Of a DNA stretch of 64,000 nucleotides, positions 9,353 to 19,169 are shown in pieces (within the stretch, counting starts at the first letter, position 1; each line of letters starts with the position of its first letter). The notes below the pieces were generated by a model. The model made no database searches. It saw nothing but the letters and a program-made list of their open reading frames with translations, and was not told the origin of the DNA. The stretch spans positions 1 through 64,000 of IMG/VR virus record IMGVR_UViG_2724679538_000004; one strand, written 5' to 3'. Origin of the DNA: a virus. Its lineage: Duplodnaviria; Heunggongvirae; Uroviricota; Caudoviricetes. A program made the position numbers and the translations under genes.

Positions 9353-10106
9353 GAGCGCGAATCATATGAGTCAAATTTTTTTTAACACTATAGATAACGA
9401 CCAGTACGACTTCATGACTGAATGGGACACCTGCGTTATGGACAAGTGGGTAGCTGACAACATCGGTCTGTCACGTTGTAAAGACGAGGCAGAATTGTTT
9501 GAGACGAAGTGGTTTGATTACCGCGACATGCATCCGCTCATGGCTACATGTTTGTTCACAGAGGCATACAAGCGCCAGTACGCCAATATCATGCTGACAC
9601 ATGGTCGTGAGCATTTTGAAACAGCGCCATATTGCACTGGACTAAAGCGTTTGCCCTACCAGGAGTTGTCCGCTGCAAACAAAACTTCTTTATGGAAAGC
9701 ACGCCAGTTTGCGGATCAGTACTGCTGCACATATGACTACTTCATTTCAACCGTTCTCTCTGCTGCCGCAACGCGTCTGTGGGACAAGTTGCCTCGACCA
9801 CAGCATCTATGGCAGCCAGAGCTAATTGAAATTTTCGAGAATAAGTTAGCTAAGCGATCGTTAACCCGTCTGGAAGACTCTCTGGTGAGCTTTAAGCACA
9901 TGGGCGACACGCAATATAACCCGATTCAGGAACGTTATTTTGAGTGGGTTCTGGAGCGTTTACGTGGTGTTGCCCGTGATAAGCGGATTCGAACAATCTT
10001 TTCAGCTATCTGGCTTATGGAAATAGTGCCAGAGCGCCTTATTTACGCCCACTTCCCAGAAGAACTGGAAGAAGCGCGGCGATTCGTTGATCCCCTGTCT
10101 CATTAA
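9351..10106 (+). CDS. hypothetical protein (possible replication accessory/helicase loader by position)
   Basis: 251-aa ORF immediately upstream of helicase gene; no motif recognised. Confidence 0.4.
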   Translation: MSANHMSQIFFNTIDNDQYDFMTEWDTCVMDKWVADNIGLSRCKDEAELFETKWFDYRDMHPLMATCLFTEAYKRQYANIMLTHGREHFETAPYCTGLKRLPYQELSAANKTSLWKARQFADQYCCTYDYFISTVLSAAATRLWDKLPRPQHLWQPELIEIFENKLAKRSLTRLEDSLVSFKHMGDTQYNPIQERYFEWVLERLRGVARDKRIRTIFSAIWLMEIVPERLIYAHFPEELEEARRFVDPLSH

Positions 10107-10114
10107 TAAATACT

Positions 10115-10134
10115 AGAAAACAATTTGTTTAAAA
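10115..10134. promoter_or_regulatory. motif B element
   Basis: AGAAAACAATTTGTTTAAAA 16 bp upstream of helicase RBS. Confidence 0.5.
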
Positions 10135-10149
10135 GACAAAGGAAAGCAC

Positions 10150-11490
10150 ATGACCGAACTTTGCCATACAGGACGCGGTTTGTCAGAGGAGTTTGACGAT
10201 GACTTCCAGAACAGACTTGCGGCTTATTATTGTCGCGATCATGAGTTCTTGACTCGTGCAGGAGACCTTGTAGCGCCTAATCAATTTGAAAATGCAGCCA
10301 ATGCCATACTGGTAAATATGGTTTCTGGCTATTACCGGATGTACAAAAGCGCACCGTCGTCTTCTGCAATTCTGGATATGCTTAAGCGTGCGAAACGCGA
10401 TAAGACCATCCGCGAAGAACTCTTCGCCGACGTTGTTGCGGCGTTTAAGCGCATCCTTGCAGAGAAGCTGTCTGATACCTCGTACATGGTTGACCAGGTA
10501 TCGACTTTTGCAAAAAGCGTGGCGTTTGATGAAGCTCTGATTAAGGCTGCTGAGCTGAAAGAAAAGGGTGACTTTCAGGGGGCTATGGCAATCATGGCTA
10601 AAGTTCAGCAGATCGGATCGAACGAAGCGACCGGAATCTATGATTATTACACCTCAGCAAGTGAGCGGTTGAAAGCACGTGAATATGAGGCTTCAGCGGA
10701 GTATGTGCCAAACAGCATTACTACTGGACTGCCGCTGCTTGACAGGTTGCTGTACCAAAAAGGCTGGGCAAAGCGAGAAATGGTCCTCTTCATGGGATTC
10801 GCTAAGTCCGGTAAATCGACCGCAATGGGTGAGTTTTCCATTAACGCAACGCTCGCAGGCCACAATGTTCTGTATCTTTCGCTGGAGGTTCACACCACCA
10901 TTTTAGCCGACCGTTTCGATGCGAGGTTGTCGGAAACTGAAATGTCCAAGCTGGTGGAACGGCGCGATGATGTTCATCGTAAGTTGGCAGAGTTGGGAGC
11001 CACAAAGGGGATTGGCAGCTTATGGGTTGTTGAACGCCCATCAGGAAGTATGTCACCGGCAGATTTGGACCGTATGCTTAACAGCATGAAAGCCAATGGC
11101 ATGGTGCCTGACATGGTTGTCGTCGACTACGCAGATCTGATGCGTGCCAGCTATGACCTGCGTGATGATCGCGCCAACATACGTAGTATCTATACCGATT
11201 TACGTGCGCTCTATGACAAGCATAACGTTGCTGGCATCACTGCGTCACAGACAAACCGTGAGGGTGGGGCGTCAGAAGTGGCTACTATGATGCACGCTGC
11301 TGATAACATTGAAAAAGTTCGTATTGCCGACCTTGTTATCACCATCAACAAAACAGAAGAGGAAGAAGCGAAAGGCGAAGCTCGTCTCTACTTTGCTGGT
11401 TCGCGTAACCAGCAAGGTGGCATCAGTATTCGCGTTAAGCAAAACCTTGAACAAATGCGCTTTATCGAGCGCATTATGGACGTCACCTAA
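10150..11490 (+). CDS. DnaB-like replicative DNA helicase
   Basis: Walker A GFAKSGKST, RecA-like C-terminal domain with arginine-finger region; RBS AAAGGAAAGCAC. Confidence 0.8.
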   Translation: MTELCHTGRGLSEEFDDDFQNRLAAYYCRDHEFLTRAGDLVAPNQFENAANAILVNMVSGYYRMYKSAPSSSAILDMLKRAKRDKTIREELFADVVAAFKRILAEKLSDTSYMVDQVSTFAKSVAFDEALIKAAELKEKGDFQGAMAIMAKVQQIGSNEATGIYDYYTSASERLKAREYEASAEYVPNSITTGLPLLDRLLYQKGWAKREMVLFMGFAKSGKSTAMGEFSINATLAGHNVLYLSLEVHTTILADRFDARLSETEMSKLVERRDDVHRKLAELGATKGIGSLWVVERPSGSMSPADLDRMLNSMKANGMVPDMVVVDYADLMRASYDLRDDRANIRSIYTDLRALYDKHNVAGITASQTNREGGASEVATMMHAADNIEKVRIADLVITINKTEEEEAKGEARLYFAGSRNQQGGISIRVKQNLEQMRFIERIMDVT

Positions 11491-11495
11491 AAAAA

Positions 11496-11527
11496 AGCGT
11501 GGAGAAAGCCCTCCACGCTTGATTTCA
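11496..11527 (+). terminator. rho-independent terminator
   Basis: Hairpin AGCGTGGAG-aaagcc-CTCCACGCT followed by T-rich tract. Confidence 0.55.
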
Positions 11528-11572
11528 TTGAAGAAACTAACTTTCTTTTGCCAAACCACAAAAGAAAAACAC

Positions 11573-12754
11573 ATGAGCCTCTATGTTATATCAACACCGA
11601 GGCTGGTCACAATATTGCCTGTTAAAAGTGAAATTGTCGTGAGTGAGCTGAGAGAACTTATTTCAGAACTGGATTTCGAACAGTGGTTAGATACTGAGGG
11701 CATTATCTATCGGCGTGGCGGTGTAAGTGCCAAAGGGCGTGAGGTAAATATTAAAGAGTGCCCTGTATGTGGAAGTACTAACTGGAAGGTTTATTTCAAT
11801 CTTAACAATGGGGTAGGTAAATGTTTTGCTGGCGACCATCCAGAAGAAATTCAGTTTAACAAGCTGGTATTCCTTAAGCACTACAGCGGTAAATCACGCA
11901 GAGACTTTGAGGAATATGTCCAGAACGCGCTGCTTTCGCAGGGATGGGCACCGAAGAAAGAAGAGATTGTACTTGTCAGCGAAGTCGAGTTAGAAGGACC
12001 AGTCGCTCTCCCTCGTCATTACGAACTTCCCATAGATGGTCGTTTGCCTGACTATTTGGTCGAACGCCACATTACACCAGAGATGGCACGGTACTTCGAT
12101 CTCCGATACTGCGTGGAAGGCAAACACGCTTATGTTGATCCCTATACAGATCAAGTGAAAGGTCAGGTATTTGATATGAGAATCCTGATACCTGTATACG
12201 ATCTAGATGGCGTGATGAAAACGTTTCAGGGGCGAGATATCACTGGAGAAGCTGAACGACGTTATCTATTCCCAATGCAATTACCAGCTTCCGGCAAATT
12301 CCTTTACAACGGCCACAATGCAGTAGGCAAACAGACTGTCGTTGTATGCGAAGGCGCATTCGACGTTATGGGCGTCAAACGTGCCATCTTTTCCGAAGAG
12401 ACTTTGCGCGAGTACGTAGAGCCAATTGGAACGTTCGGGATGCATTTATCTGGGACCACTACGCAAGATGCAGAAGACCAGCTTGGGGCATTCCTGACTT
12501 TAAAGGCGAGCGGATTACGTAATGTGATCATGATGTGGGACAGCGAAAAGCAAGCGATACGTAACACGATGTCTGCGGCAAGGCGGCTAACAAGCATTGG
12601 TCTGAATGTGAAAGTCGCCTGTCTTGGAGAAGAAGGACTCGACCCCGGCGATGCAACGCCGGAGCAGATCATCAAAGCCTACTATCGCGCCAAACCGTAT
12701 ACCAAACAGTTAGAACTGTTAAGCAAGATCAAAGGCATAGCGGCATTAGTTTGA
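11573..12754 (+). CDS. DNA primase (zinc ribbon + TOPRIM)
   Basis: CPVCGSTNW..CFAGDH zinc-binding motif; TOPRIM-like VVVCEGAFD and MMWDSEKQ; start chosen at ATG 11573 with conserved AAAAGAAAAACAC leader. Confidence 0.75.
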   Translation: MSLYVISTPRLVTILPVKSEIVVSELRELISELDFEQWLDTEGIIYRRGGVSAKGREVNIKECPVCGSTNWKVYFNLNNGVGKCFAGDHPEEIQFNKLVFLKHYSGKSRRDFEEYVQNALLSQGWAPKKEEIVLVSEVELEGPVALPRHYELPIDGRLPDYLVERHITPEMARYFDLRYCVEGKHAYVDPYTDQVKGQVFDMRILIPVYDLDGVMKTFQGRDITGEAERRYLFPMQLPASGKFLYNGHNAVGKQTVVVCEGAFDVMGVKRAIFSEETLREYVEPIGTFGMHLSGTTTQDAEDQLGAFLTLKASGLRNVIMMWDSEKQAIRNTMSAARRLTSIGLNVKVACLGEEGLDPGDATPEQIIKAYYRAKPYTKQLELLSKIKGIAALV

Positions 12755-13891
12755 AGTGGTGTCGGTCACGTACACATTGACCGAAAATGATTTAACCTCT
12801 GTTTTGAAATTATCCGTCATTACAGCAAGATAGGCATTCTTGGTATCTCTGAACTGTTTCAGGATGATTTGTACATTATCCGTGCAAACAAAAGAGGTGG
12901 CAAGATTGCCCCCTTTCTCTGAAAAATCTTTCAAAAATGTACAGTCGGCTTTGCCGCCATTGGCGGTAAAGGTGGCATCGTCTCCCTGCCAGATAAATGT
13001 TGCGTTAACGCCTTTATCAATAGATTTTGCAATGAGCCGCTGGGTGGCGGATTTTGCTTTAGGGTTTGCAGCTGGTGGTTGATATTTACCGCTTTCTTTC
13101 AGTTCCGCAATGTAATCACAGCCTTTTTTATCTTCTTTATCGCAAGCAGCCTGATAAAGCTCTGCTGCTTTTTTATAGTCCTTTTTAACACCCTCCCCAT
13201 TCTCATACATTATGCCAAGATTTGTCATGGCATCGGCGTTTCCGAGTTCAGCAGCTTTTTTATACCACTTAATTGCTTCGGCATCGTTGCGTTTAACACC
13301 TAAACCGTCATCGTATAAGGTGCCTAATGCGAACATGCCATCTGAACTACCTTGATCCGCCGCTTTTTTGTAATAAGTAAAAGCTTTTTTATAACTCTTT
13401 TGTACACCTTTACCATATTGGTAATACACACCAAGAAGGTAGCTAGCTTTAACATACCCGGCATCAGAGGCTAATTTGAAGTATTTAATGGCGAGCGCAT
13501 GATCTACTTTACCAAGCATCCCCTTTTGATAAATAGCACCAAGATTGTTGTAGGCTCTACCTTCACGAGCATCTCCCGCAAGTTTGTAGTACTCAACAGC
13601 TTTATTTAAGTCTTTATCTACACCCTCGCCAAATGTGTACATAACCCCAAGTGCATAATATGCTACTTTGTCTCCCTTTTCTGCAGCGAGATCAATCCAC
13701 TTCTTGGCCTCAACTACATCCTTATCAAAACCATTGATACCATCAAAATAATTTGTACCTAACTCACTTTGAGCTGCGGCATTTCCCGCGGTAGCGGCTT
13801 CTATCAGTGTTTGCTTATTGTCTGCGTTAGCGAATCCAGCACCAAAAAGTAAAGTTAATGCCAGCAACGATGATGGTTTTATGAATTTCAT
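12746..13891 (-). CDS. secreted Sel1-like repeat (SLR/TPR-like) protein
   Basis: Signal peptide MKFIKPSSLLALTLLFGAGFANA; at least five repeats of the type A.YYLG.MY..G.GV.KD...A..WYKKAA; opposite strand to neighbours. Confidence 0.75.
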   Translation of the reverse strand: MKFIKPSSLLALTLLFGAGFANADNKQTLIEAATAGNAAAQSELGTNYFDGINGFDKDVVEAKKWIDLAAEKGDKVAYYALGVMYTFGEGVDKDLNKAVEYYKLAGDAREGRAYNNLGAIYQKGMLGKVDHALAIKYFKLASDAGYVKASYLLGVYYQYGKGVQKSYKKAFTYYKKAADQGSSDGMFALGTLYDDGLGVKRNDAEAIKWYKKAAELGNADAMTNLGIMYENGEGVKKDYKKAAELYQAACDKEDKKGCDYIAELKESGKYQPPAANPKAKSATQRLIAKSIDKGVNATFIWQGDDATFTANGGKADCTFLKDFSEKGGNLATSFVCTDNVQIILKQFRDTKNAYLAVMTDNFKTEVKSFSVNVYVTDTTSN

Positions 13892-14123
13892 ATTTTTTGT
13901 TCTGTTGATATAGGATGAACAGTTTAGACGCGGCAAGCGTCAAGTTTGCGAAAAGAGTACTTAAATTTAGTTATTCTGTCAGCTTTGTTAATATAGTTTA
14001 TGGTTGGTAAAGTTAATAGATAACTAATAACTATAAGAAATAATGAGTTGTTCAATTATTGTGATACAACTCGTGTTTTGGTTAACTAATACCTACGATA
14101 AATATAAATTAAGGAAAGTCAAA

Positions 14124-14537
14124 ATGAGCCAAAATAAGCTGATTTTAACAGGGGCTTTATTGTCCTTGTTTGCTTTAGTTGGGTGTAAACCTACAGACGA
14201 GAAGGCTATTACTTTGGGCCAGCAGGCAATTGCGGATGATATGAAAGATCCCACATCAGTGATGTTTAGGAAAGATAAGTTTGTCAGGACTGATCATGAT
14301 GATGGTAGTGTTACCGGTTTTGTATGCGGTGAATTGAACGCAAAAAATGGCTTTGGTGCATACGTGGGCTATCACTCATATGTTGTTGAACTCGAGATGA
14401 AGCCAAAGGGCATGTTTTCAAAAGGGGTGGTATACAAAATCCTCTCGAAGTCATTGGCACCAAATGACCCTCATGATTTACAACGTTATAAGCAGATCTA
14501 CAGACAGATGTGCAATAGTGAGGCTGTAGCTCATTAA
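14124..14537 (+). CDS. small lipoprotein (possible superinfection-exclusion type)
   Basis: Signal peptide with lipobox LVGC; RBS AAGGAAA; 137 aa. Confidence 0.55.
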   Translation: MSQNKLILTGALLSLFALVGCKPTDEKAITLGQQAIADDMKDPTSVMFRKDKFVRTDHDDGSVTGFVCGELNAKNGFGAYVGYHSYVVELEMKPKGMFSKGVVYKILSKSLAPNDPHDLQRYKQIYRQMCNSEAVAH

Positions 14538-14600
14538 TTGGAATGCCGGGCATATCTTATGCCTGGCTTCTTCGCATAGGAAACTATTTCGCCTGGCTTT

Positions 14601-14620
14601 ATAAGTAGATACTTACTTAC
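14601..14620. repeat. motif A copy
   Basis: ATAAGTAGATACTTACTTAC. Confidence 0.6.
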
Positions 14621-14661
14621 AAATCTGTAAGAATACTATCAGCTGTTAGTCAGGAGTTGGT

Positions 14662-15444
14662 ATGAAAGACGAATTTCAGAAATTAGCCTGCGATATCATC
14701 GATAAGTCCTGTGTGAAAATCGACGATGGTGCTCGTGCAGATATTATGAATAGCGCAGTCAAGGTGGCAATGAATCATATCGCTACTCGTATGGAGGAGA
14801 TCCCGCAGCCAGGATTGCCTTACATGAAGGTCCAATTACATGTTTGGGGACAGTCTTCTGGTTTGCCACGTTCTGCGTTGGCTGTGTTTATTAGCAAAGC
14901 AGACGCTAGTTCGCTTAAAACTCAGATAGGGGTATGGTTTGAAGGCAAAGTCATCTATACAAGTACCATGTTTTGTTATCAGAGCGACGAACACATTGAG
15001 GAGGCTATTCAGGAATCAATCCACAAGATGCGCAAAATGGCTGTGCTGGAACAGAATTCCAACTATGAAGAGTTCTTGCAGTCGATAAAAGAAGAAAAAA
15101 ATCTCGAACTAAAAGCCGATTTCGTTACTCCAGCAAAACTGTTGGATATTTTGATTAATCAGGGCGTTAACGATGCCTTAATTCATCTCAGAGAGACGGC
15201 ATATGGAACCCTTTGCGACATGTGCCGGAGCCAGACGGATCTCGTTAGTATCGTTGTTGACACGGGAAAGGCTTGTGATGGTGCTATGGTGAACTTTGCA
15301 GGCAAGGTAGTTAGACTGGCTAACGAATTGCCTATGATAAAGCAAGAGACCAAATCATACGTTACCAATCACGTTAAAGAGCTGCTTGAACCTTATCGAT
15401 TTGAAAGCGATCAAAACAAGATGATCGCTTGGGGAACCTGGTAA
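14662..15444 (+). CDS. hypothetical protein
   Basis: 260-aa ORF with AGGAG RBS; followed by terminator. Confidence 0.5.
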   Translation: MKDEFQKLACDIIDKSCVKIDDGARADIMNSAVKVAMNHIATRMEEIPQPGLPYMKVQLHVWGQSSGLPRSALAVFISKADASSLKTQIGVWFEGKVIYTSTMFCYQSDEHIEEAIQESIHKMRKMAVLEQNSNYEEFLQSIKEEKNLELKADFVTPAKLLDILINQGVNDALIHLRETAYGTLCDMCRSQTDLVSIVVDTGKACDGAMVNFAGKVVRLANELPMIKQETKSYVTNHVKELLEPYRFESDQNKMIAWGTW

Positions 15445-15460
15445 GTATCCATTCTCACTC

Positions 15461-15486
15461 AAAAGCCCTTTCGGGCTTTTTTTGAA
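15461..15486 (+). terminator. rho-independent terminator
   Basis: AAAAGCCC-ttt-CGGGCTTTTTTTG. Confidence 0.7.
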
Positions 15487-15494
15487 ACGAATTT

Positions 15495-15510
15495 CGTAAG
15501 TAAGTACAAG
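15495..15510. repeat. motif A copy (partial)
   Basis: CGTAAGTAAGTACAAG. Confidence 0.5.
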
Positions 15511-15522
15511 ATTATTTTTACT

Positions 15523-15984
15523 ATGGGCGAGAGAATAAAACTATCAAAAATCCCTTCAATTTCAGGCAATAATGGTTATTCGCTTCGTTGCAAAGAGGTA
15601 CAGATAAACGGCAATGACGCGTACTGTAGTTACACAGTCTGCCAGCACACCATTTTGGCATACAAAGAAAATCGCCTTCCTGCCCATTCTTTTAAGTCAT
15701 GTGCAACTGCCATTAAAGCAGGCAAATGCAGTGCGCTCAAAATGATGGTGGAGGAGATTCGTAAGGCGGAATCTATTTATTTTATTGATATGACCGGGCT
15801 GATCCGGGAGGTAGAAAACACCAACAAAAACAAAGCTGCGATCATCCGTAAACGTGACACCGTAACCATTAGCAAGCTGGTTAAGCGTTCTCTAAAGACT
15901 GATGCTGGAACGCCGGAATCTCAAGCGCCGATCTCAGATGTTTATTCGGCGCTCATGGAAGAAGTAACAAAAGAAAACACATGA
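15523..15984 (+). CDS. hypothetical Cys-rich protein
   Basis: 153-aa ORF, several Cys in N-terminal half. Confidence 0.4.
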   Translation: MGERIKLSKIPSISGNNGYSLRCKEVQINGNDAYCSYTVCQHTILAYKENRLPAHSFKSCATAIKAGKCSALKMMVEEIRKAESIYFIDMTGLIREVENTNKNKAAIIRKRDTVTISKLVKRSLKTDAGTPESQAPISDVYSALMEEVTKENT

Positions 15985-16012
15985 ATACCGATCAACCTGT
16001 GGAGGTAAAACA

Positions 16013-17335
16013 ATGGAAAAGTTGATCGCTCTTAAGCACAAACTAGATGAGATGAAGCCAATGGGCACTAACGCCAAGAAAGAGGCGTTGGCCAGTTTGG
16101 ATGACTTTGAGCAGAGCATGGTCTCGCTAATGCTAAACCCATTCATTCGATTCGGTGTGAAGAAGTACAAAGTGGCCGAGCCTCTCGATACTTCCGTACC
16201 TGGCGACCAGAATGTAGTAGAGCTGCTGGAGAAGCTGGCCGCACGCGAACTGACCGGAAACGCGGCCATTACTGCTGTCGAATCACTCGTTGCCTTAATG
16301 TGCGCTGACGGGCAGGACGTGTTTCGTCGCTTCCTGCTGAAAGATCCGAAAGCCGGTGTTGGCATTAGTCTTTGCAACAAGGTTTTTAAAAATCCAATTC
16401 CCAAGTTCGAGGTCCAACTGGCGTCTCCGTATAAGGAGAAAGGCGACAAATACCCATTCAAACCAAATCCAAAGGCTAAGTGGCCGATGATTGGCAGTCT
16501 TAAGCTCGATGGTTTGCGAGTAATTTGTGAGGTTATTGTTGACGAGGAAGAGGTTAACTTCCTTTCTCGTACCGGTAATCCAATTACGTCTCTCGATCAC
16601 CTTAAGCCAGCCATGCTCGAATTAGGCAAACTTTCAGGCCACAAACACATCTTCTTCGATGGTGAAGGAACAGCAGGTTCATTTAACCAGTCCGTATCTG
16701 CATTGCGTAAGAAGAACGTGCAGGCAATTGGCGCAATTTATCATGTTTTCGACTTCTTCCTGCCGGAATGGCGAACACAGGCTAAATCTAAAGAGTATGC
16801 GAAGACAGGTATGAAGCTGAAAGAGCGCCTGGCTATGTTAGTGGCGTTGTTCAAAAACGATCGCAACGAAGTTTACGCACAAGACATACACCTACATCCG
16901 TTCTACATCATCCATAGCCACGAAGACTTCATCGAACGCTTCATGAAACGCCTGGACGATAACGAAGAAGGGGAGATGGGTAAAGATCCGAACTCTGTTT
17001 ACGAGTTTAAACGTACCCGCAGCTGGTGGAAGTTAAAAGACGAAGATTCAGAAGATGGTGAAATTATCGATTTTGAGCCGGGCGACCCGGACTCTGGTTT
17101 TGCCAACACGCTCGGAAAAATTGTTATTCGTCTTGAAAACGGTGTGATTGTTCGTGCAAGCGGCATTAAGCATAAATATCTGGACGAGATCTGGAACAAC
17201 AAAGAGAAGTACCGCGGTCGTATTGTCGAAGTTCATTGTCACGAGAAAACGCCGGATGGCAGCTTACGCCACCCGCGACTTAAATGGCCGCGTTGCTTAC
17301 GCGATACCGAGGACCGAATTGGGGATAAAGAATGA
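16013..17335 (+). CDS. ATP-dependent DNA ligase
   Basis: Adenylation motif I KLDGLR (GSLKLDGLRVI); GGAGG RBS. Confidence 0.75.
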   Translation: MEKLIALKHKLDEMKPMGTNAKKEALASLDDFEQSMVSLMLNPFIRFGVKKYKVAEPLDTSVPGDQNVVELLEKLAARELTGNAAITAVESLVALMCADGQDVFRRFLLKDPKAGVGISLCNKVFKNPIPKFEVQLASPYKEKGDKYPFKPNPKAKWPMIGSLKLDGLRVICEVIVDEEEVNFLSRTGNPITSLDHLKPAMLELGKLSGHKHIFFDGEGTAGSFNQSVSALRKKNVQAIGAIYHVFDFFLPEWRTQAKSKEYAKTGMKLKERLAMLVALFKNDRNEVYAQDIHLHPFYIIHSHEDFIERFMKRLDDNEEGEMGKDPNSVYEFKRTRSWWKLKDEDSEDGEIIDFEPGDPDSGFANTLGKIVIRLENGVIVRASGIKHKYLDEIWNNKEKYRGRIVEVHCHEKTPDGSLRHPRLKWPRCLRDTEDRIGDKE

Positions 17336-17511
17336 TGCTCGGCTGGATGATTGTATTTTTGGTTGTCGGTATTGTTATCGGCAGTCTGGTGACGTCCAGC
17401 TGCATTAACGACTACGTAAATTCGGATGTTATGGAGAGACGCGGCCGCATTTATCGCATTGTGGATATCACTCACACGGTGAAGGAGATTAAGGATGATC
17501 GTACTAAGTAA
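17332..17511 (+). CDS. small membrane protein (59 aa)
   Basis: ATG overlaps ligase stop; hydrophobic N-terminus MMLGWMIVFLVVGIVIGSLV; below the ORF-track size cutoff. Confidence 0.4.
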   Translation: MMLGWMIVFLVVGIVIGSLVTSSCINDYVNSDVMERRGRIYRIVDITHTVKEIKDDRTK

Positions 17512-17707
17512 ACGGGAGAAGGAAACGCTTCATGAAATCAGTAAGTGGCCGGAGTTCCCTGAATTCTGGAAACCTAAAACACGAGCCAGATTAGAGCGGT
17601 TGGGATTGGTTGCAAACGTGTCTGAAACATGTTGTTCAGCCAACTACCAGTTAACCCACAAAGGGAGAGGATTGCTACAGCAGCTGATAGAAACAGGAGC
17701 GTTATAA
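17495..17707 (+). CDS. hypothetical small protein
   Basis: 70 aa, overlaps neighbours at both ends (coupled). Confidence 0.4.
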   Translation: MIVLSKREKETLHEISKWPEFPEFWKPKTRARLERLGLVANVSETCCSANYQLTHKGRGLLQQLIETGAL

Positions 17708-17859
17708 TGATTCCATACATCTCATTAGCTTTTATGGCTGGATTCCTCATCGGCTTCGGCATCTGTCGTGATTTGATTAAGCAGGAGCTTAAAACCAAAA
17801 CACTATGCATCGGTAAGCGTGTGTATCGAGTTGTTCATGAAACAAAGGTGAGAAAATGA
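17707..17859 (+). CDS. small membrane protein (50 aa)
   Basis: TAATG overlap with upstream ORF; hydrophobic MIPYISLAFMAGFLIGFGI. Confidence 0.4.
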   Translation: MIPYISLAFMAGFLIGFGICRDLIKQELKTKTLCIGKRVYRVVHETKVRK

Positions 17860-18161
17860 GCAATCTAACTTCTTGGGAATGGTGGCTGGTAAGCTATTTT
17901 GTGGCTGCCGGAGTCGGATTTGCCTTTTACGTAGGTCTGTTAGTCGTAAAACTACTACTGATTAGATTTGCTAGTCATAAACGTATTGACGATGGTCTGT
18001 GGCGTCTGGGGTCTCTTGTTGAGATTCACTACGGCCAACTTAAGGAGAACGAAACTATCACTATACAAGCGAAACGATTTACCGCCACAATCACGAGGAC
18101 TCCTGATCAGAAAGGCGCTTTGATCAAAAAAGTTGCAACTAAAACTCTTGCTGAAAAATAA
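17856..18161 (+). CDS. membrane protein
   Basis: 101 aa, ATGA overlap; TM segment WWLVSYFVAAGVGFAFYVGLLVV. Confidence 0.5.
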   Translation: MSNLTSWEWWLVSYFVAAGVGFAFYVGLLVVKLLLIRFASHKRIDDGLWRLGSLVEIHYGQLKENETITIQAKRFTATITRTPDQKGALIKKVATKTLAEK

Positions 18162-18178
18162 GTATTTACTTACTTATT
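18157..18178. repeat. motif A copy
   Basis: AATAAGTATTTACTTACTTATT overlapping stop codon. Confidence 0.6.
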
Positions 18179-18922
18179 TTTTATGTATAAGATTTCTTTG
18201 TTTTCGTTGAAGTGCGACTTTTTGAACTTAAATACAAGTGCAAACGAAGAAGTCTATCTGGCAGTAGCTTAAGAGGCCAAACACCAGCGAGGTCAGTTTC
18301 CAGCCTCGTTACCAAAATGGGACACACTGAGCGAGTGTGATTGCAGAACGCAGGAGGGGCATTCATGTTCCCTCCGATGAAGTAACAGGATGGACGGTTA
18401 ATAGATTTCCACATTCACTTAACCTCCCGGACTCTTGGTTGTTGACCGTCCATCCTGTTACGTCATTTTGTTTAATTATGTCGTTTATTCTGGGTTAAAA
18501 GCGGCGACGTAGCCCGGCTGGTGTGGTTAGCCAGCGCATAACGTTGAGGTCATTGCATTTTTATCAATTCTAAGGTTCTATTCACAGAGATACCGGCGAG
18601 CGTTGATATGTAACATGTTGGGCAAACATTCAATCGGAGTAGTGGCCTCAACGTTGTGAAGACAGGATTGTTGTGTAGGTTTAACCACTGTTGCCATTGG
18701 TGCCTGTTTTCACAACAAATGATTCCATACATCACATTGTATAAATTACAAAGTAGGTGCTGTCCTCAAAAACATCATCTACTTAAAGATTTTGCCTTCT
18801 ATTGAGCGAAGTCGAAAACGTCTGGCACTAACGAAAAGTGCAAGTAGCGGTACGTTTCCTGGCAGAAACTAACACCGCCGCGATTGGCACTGTTGAGTAA
18901 TAAATACTGGCAGTGCTGAATT

Positions 18923-18997
18923 GATGGTGTAGCTCAGCGGTAGAGCAGTTGGCTGTTAACCAACTGGTCGGTGGTTCGAATCCACCCACCATCGCCA
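18923..18997 (+). tRNA. tRNA-Asn (anticodon GTT)
   Basis: Hand-folded cloverleaf: acceptor GATGGTG/CACCATC, D-stem GCTC/GAGC, anticodon loop CTGTTAA, T-arm GGTGG-TTCGAAT-CCACC, encoded CCA. Confidence 0.85.
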
Positions 18998-19002
18998 ATT
19001 TA

Positions 19003-19089
19003 GGGGAGTTAGTCCGTAGAGGTAGCGGTGTAGACTGTAAATCTACTGTCATTGCGACTCGGGTGGTTCGACTCCATCACTCCCCACCA
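19003..19089 (+). tRNA. tRNA-Tyr (anticodon GTA), long variable arm
   Basis: Acceptor GGGGAGT/ACTCCCC, anticodon arm GTAGA-CTGTAAA-TCTAC, T-loop GGTTCGACTCC, encoded CCA. Confidence 0.75.
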
Positions 19090-19093
19090 AATT

Positions 19094-19169
19094 GCCGGTT
19101 TAGCTCAGTTGGTAGAGCAGTCGCTTTGTAAGCGAATGGCCAGCGGTTCAAGTCCGTTAACCGGCACCA
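19094..19169 (+). tRNA. tRNA-Thr (anticodon TGT)
   Basis: Acceptor GCCGGTT/AACCGGC, D-arm TAGCTCAGTTGGTAGAGC, anticodon loop TTTGTAA, T-loop TTCAAGT, encoded CCA. Confidence 0.75.
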
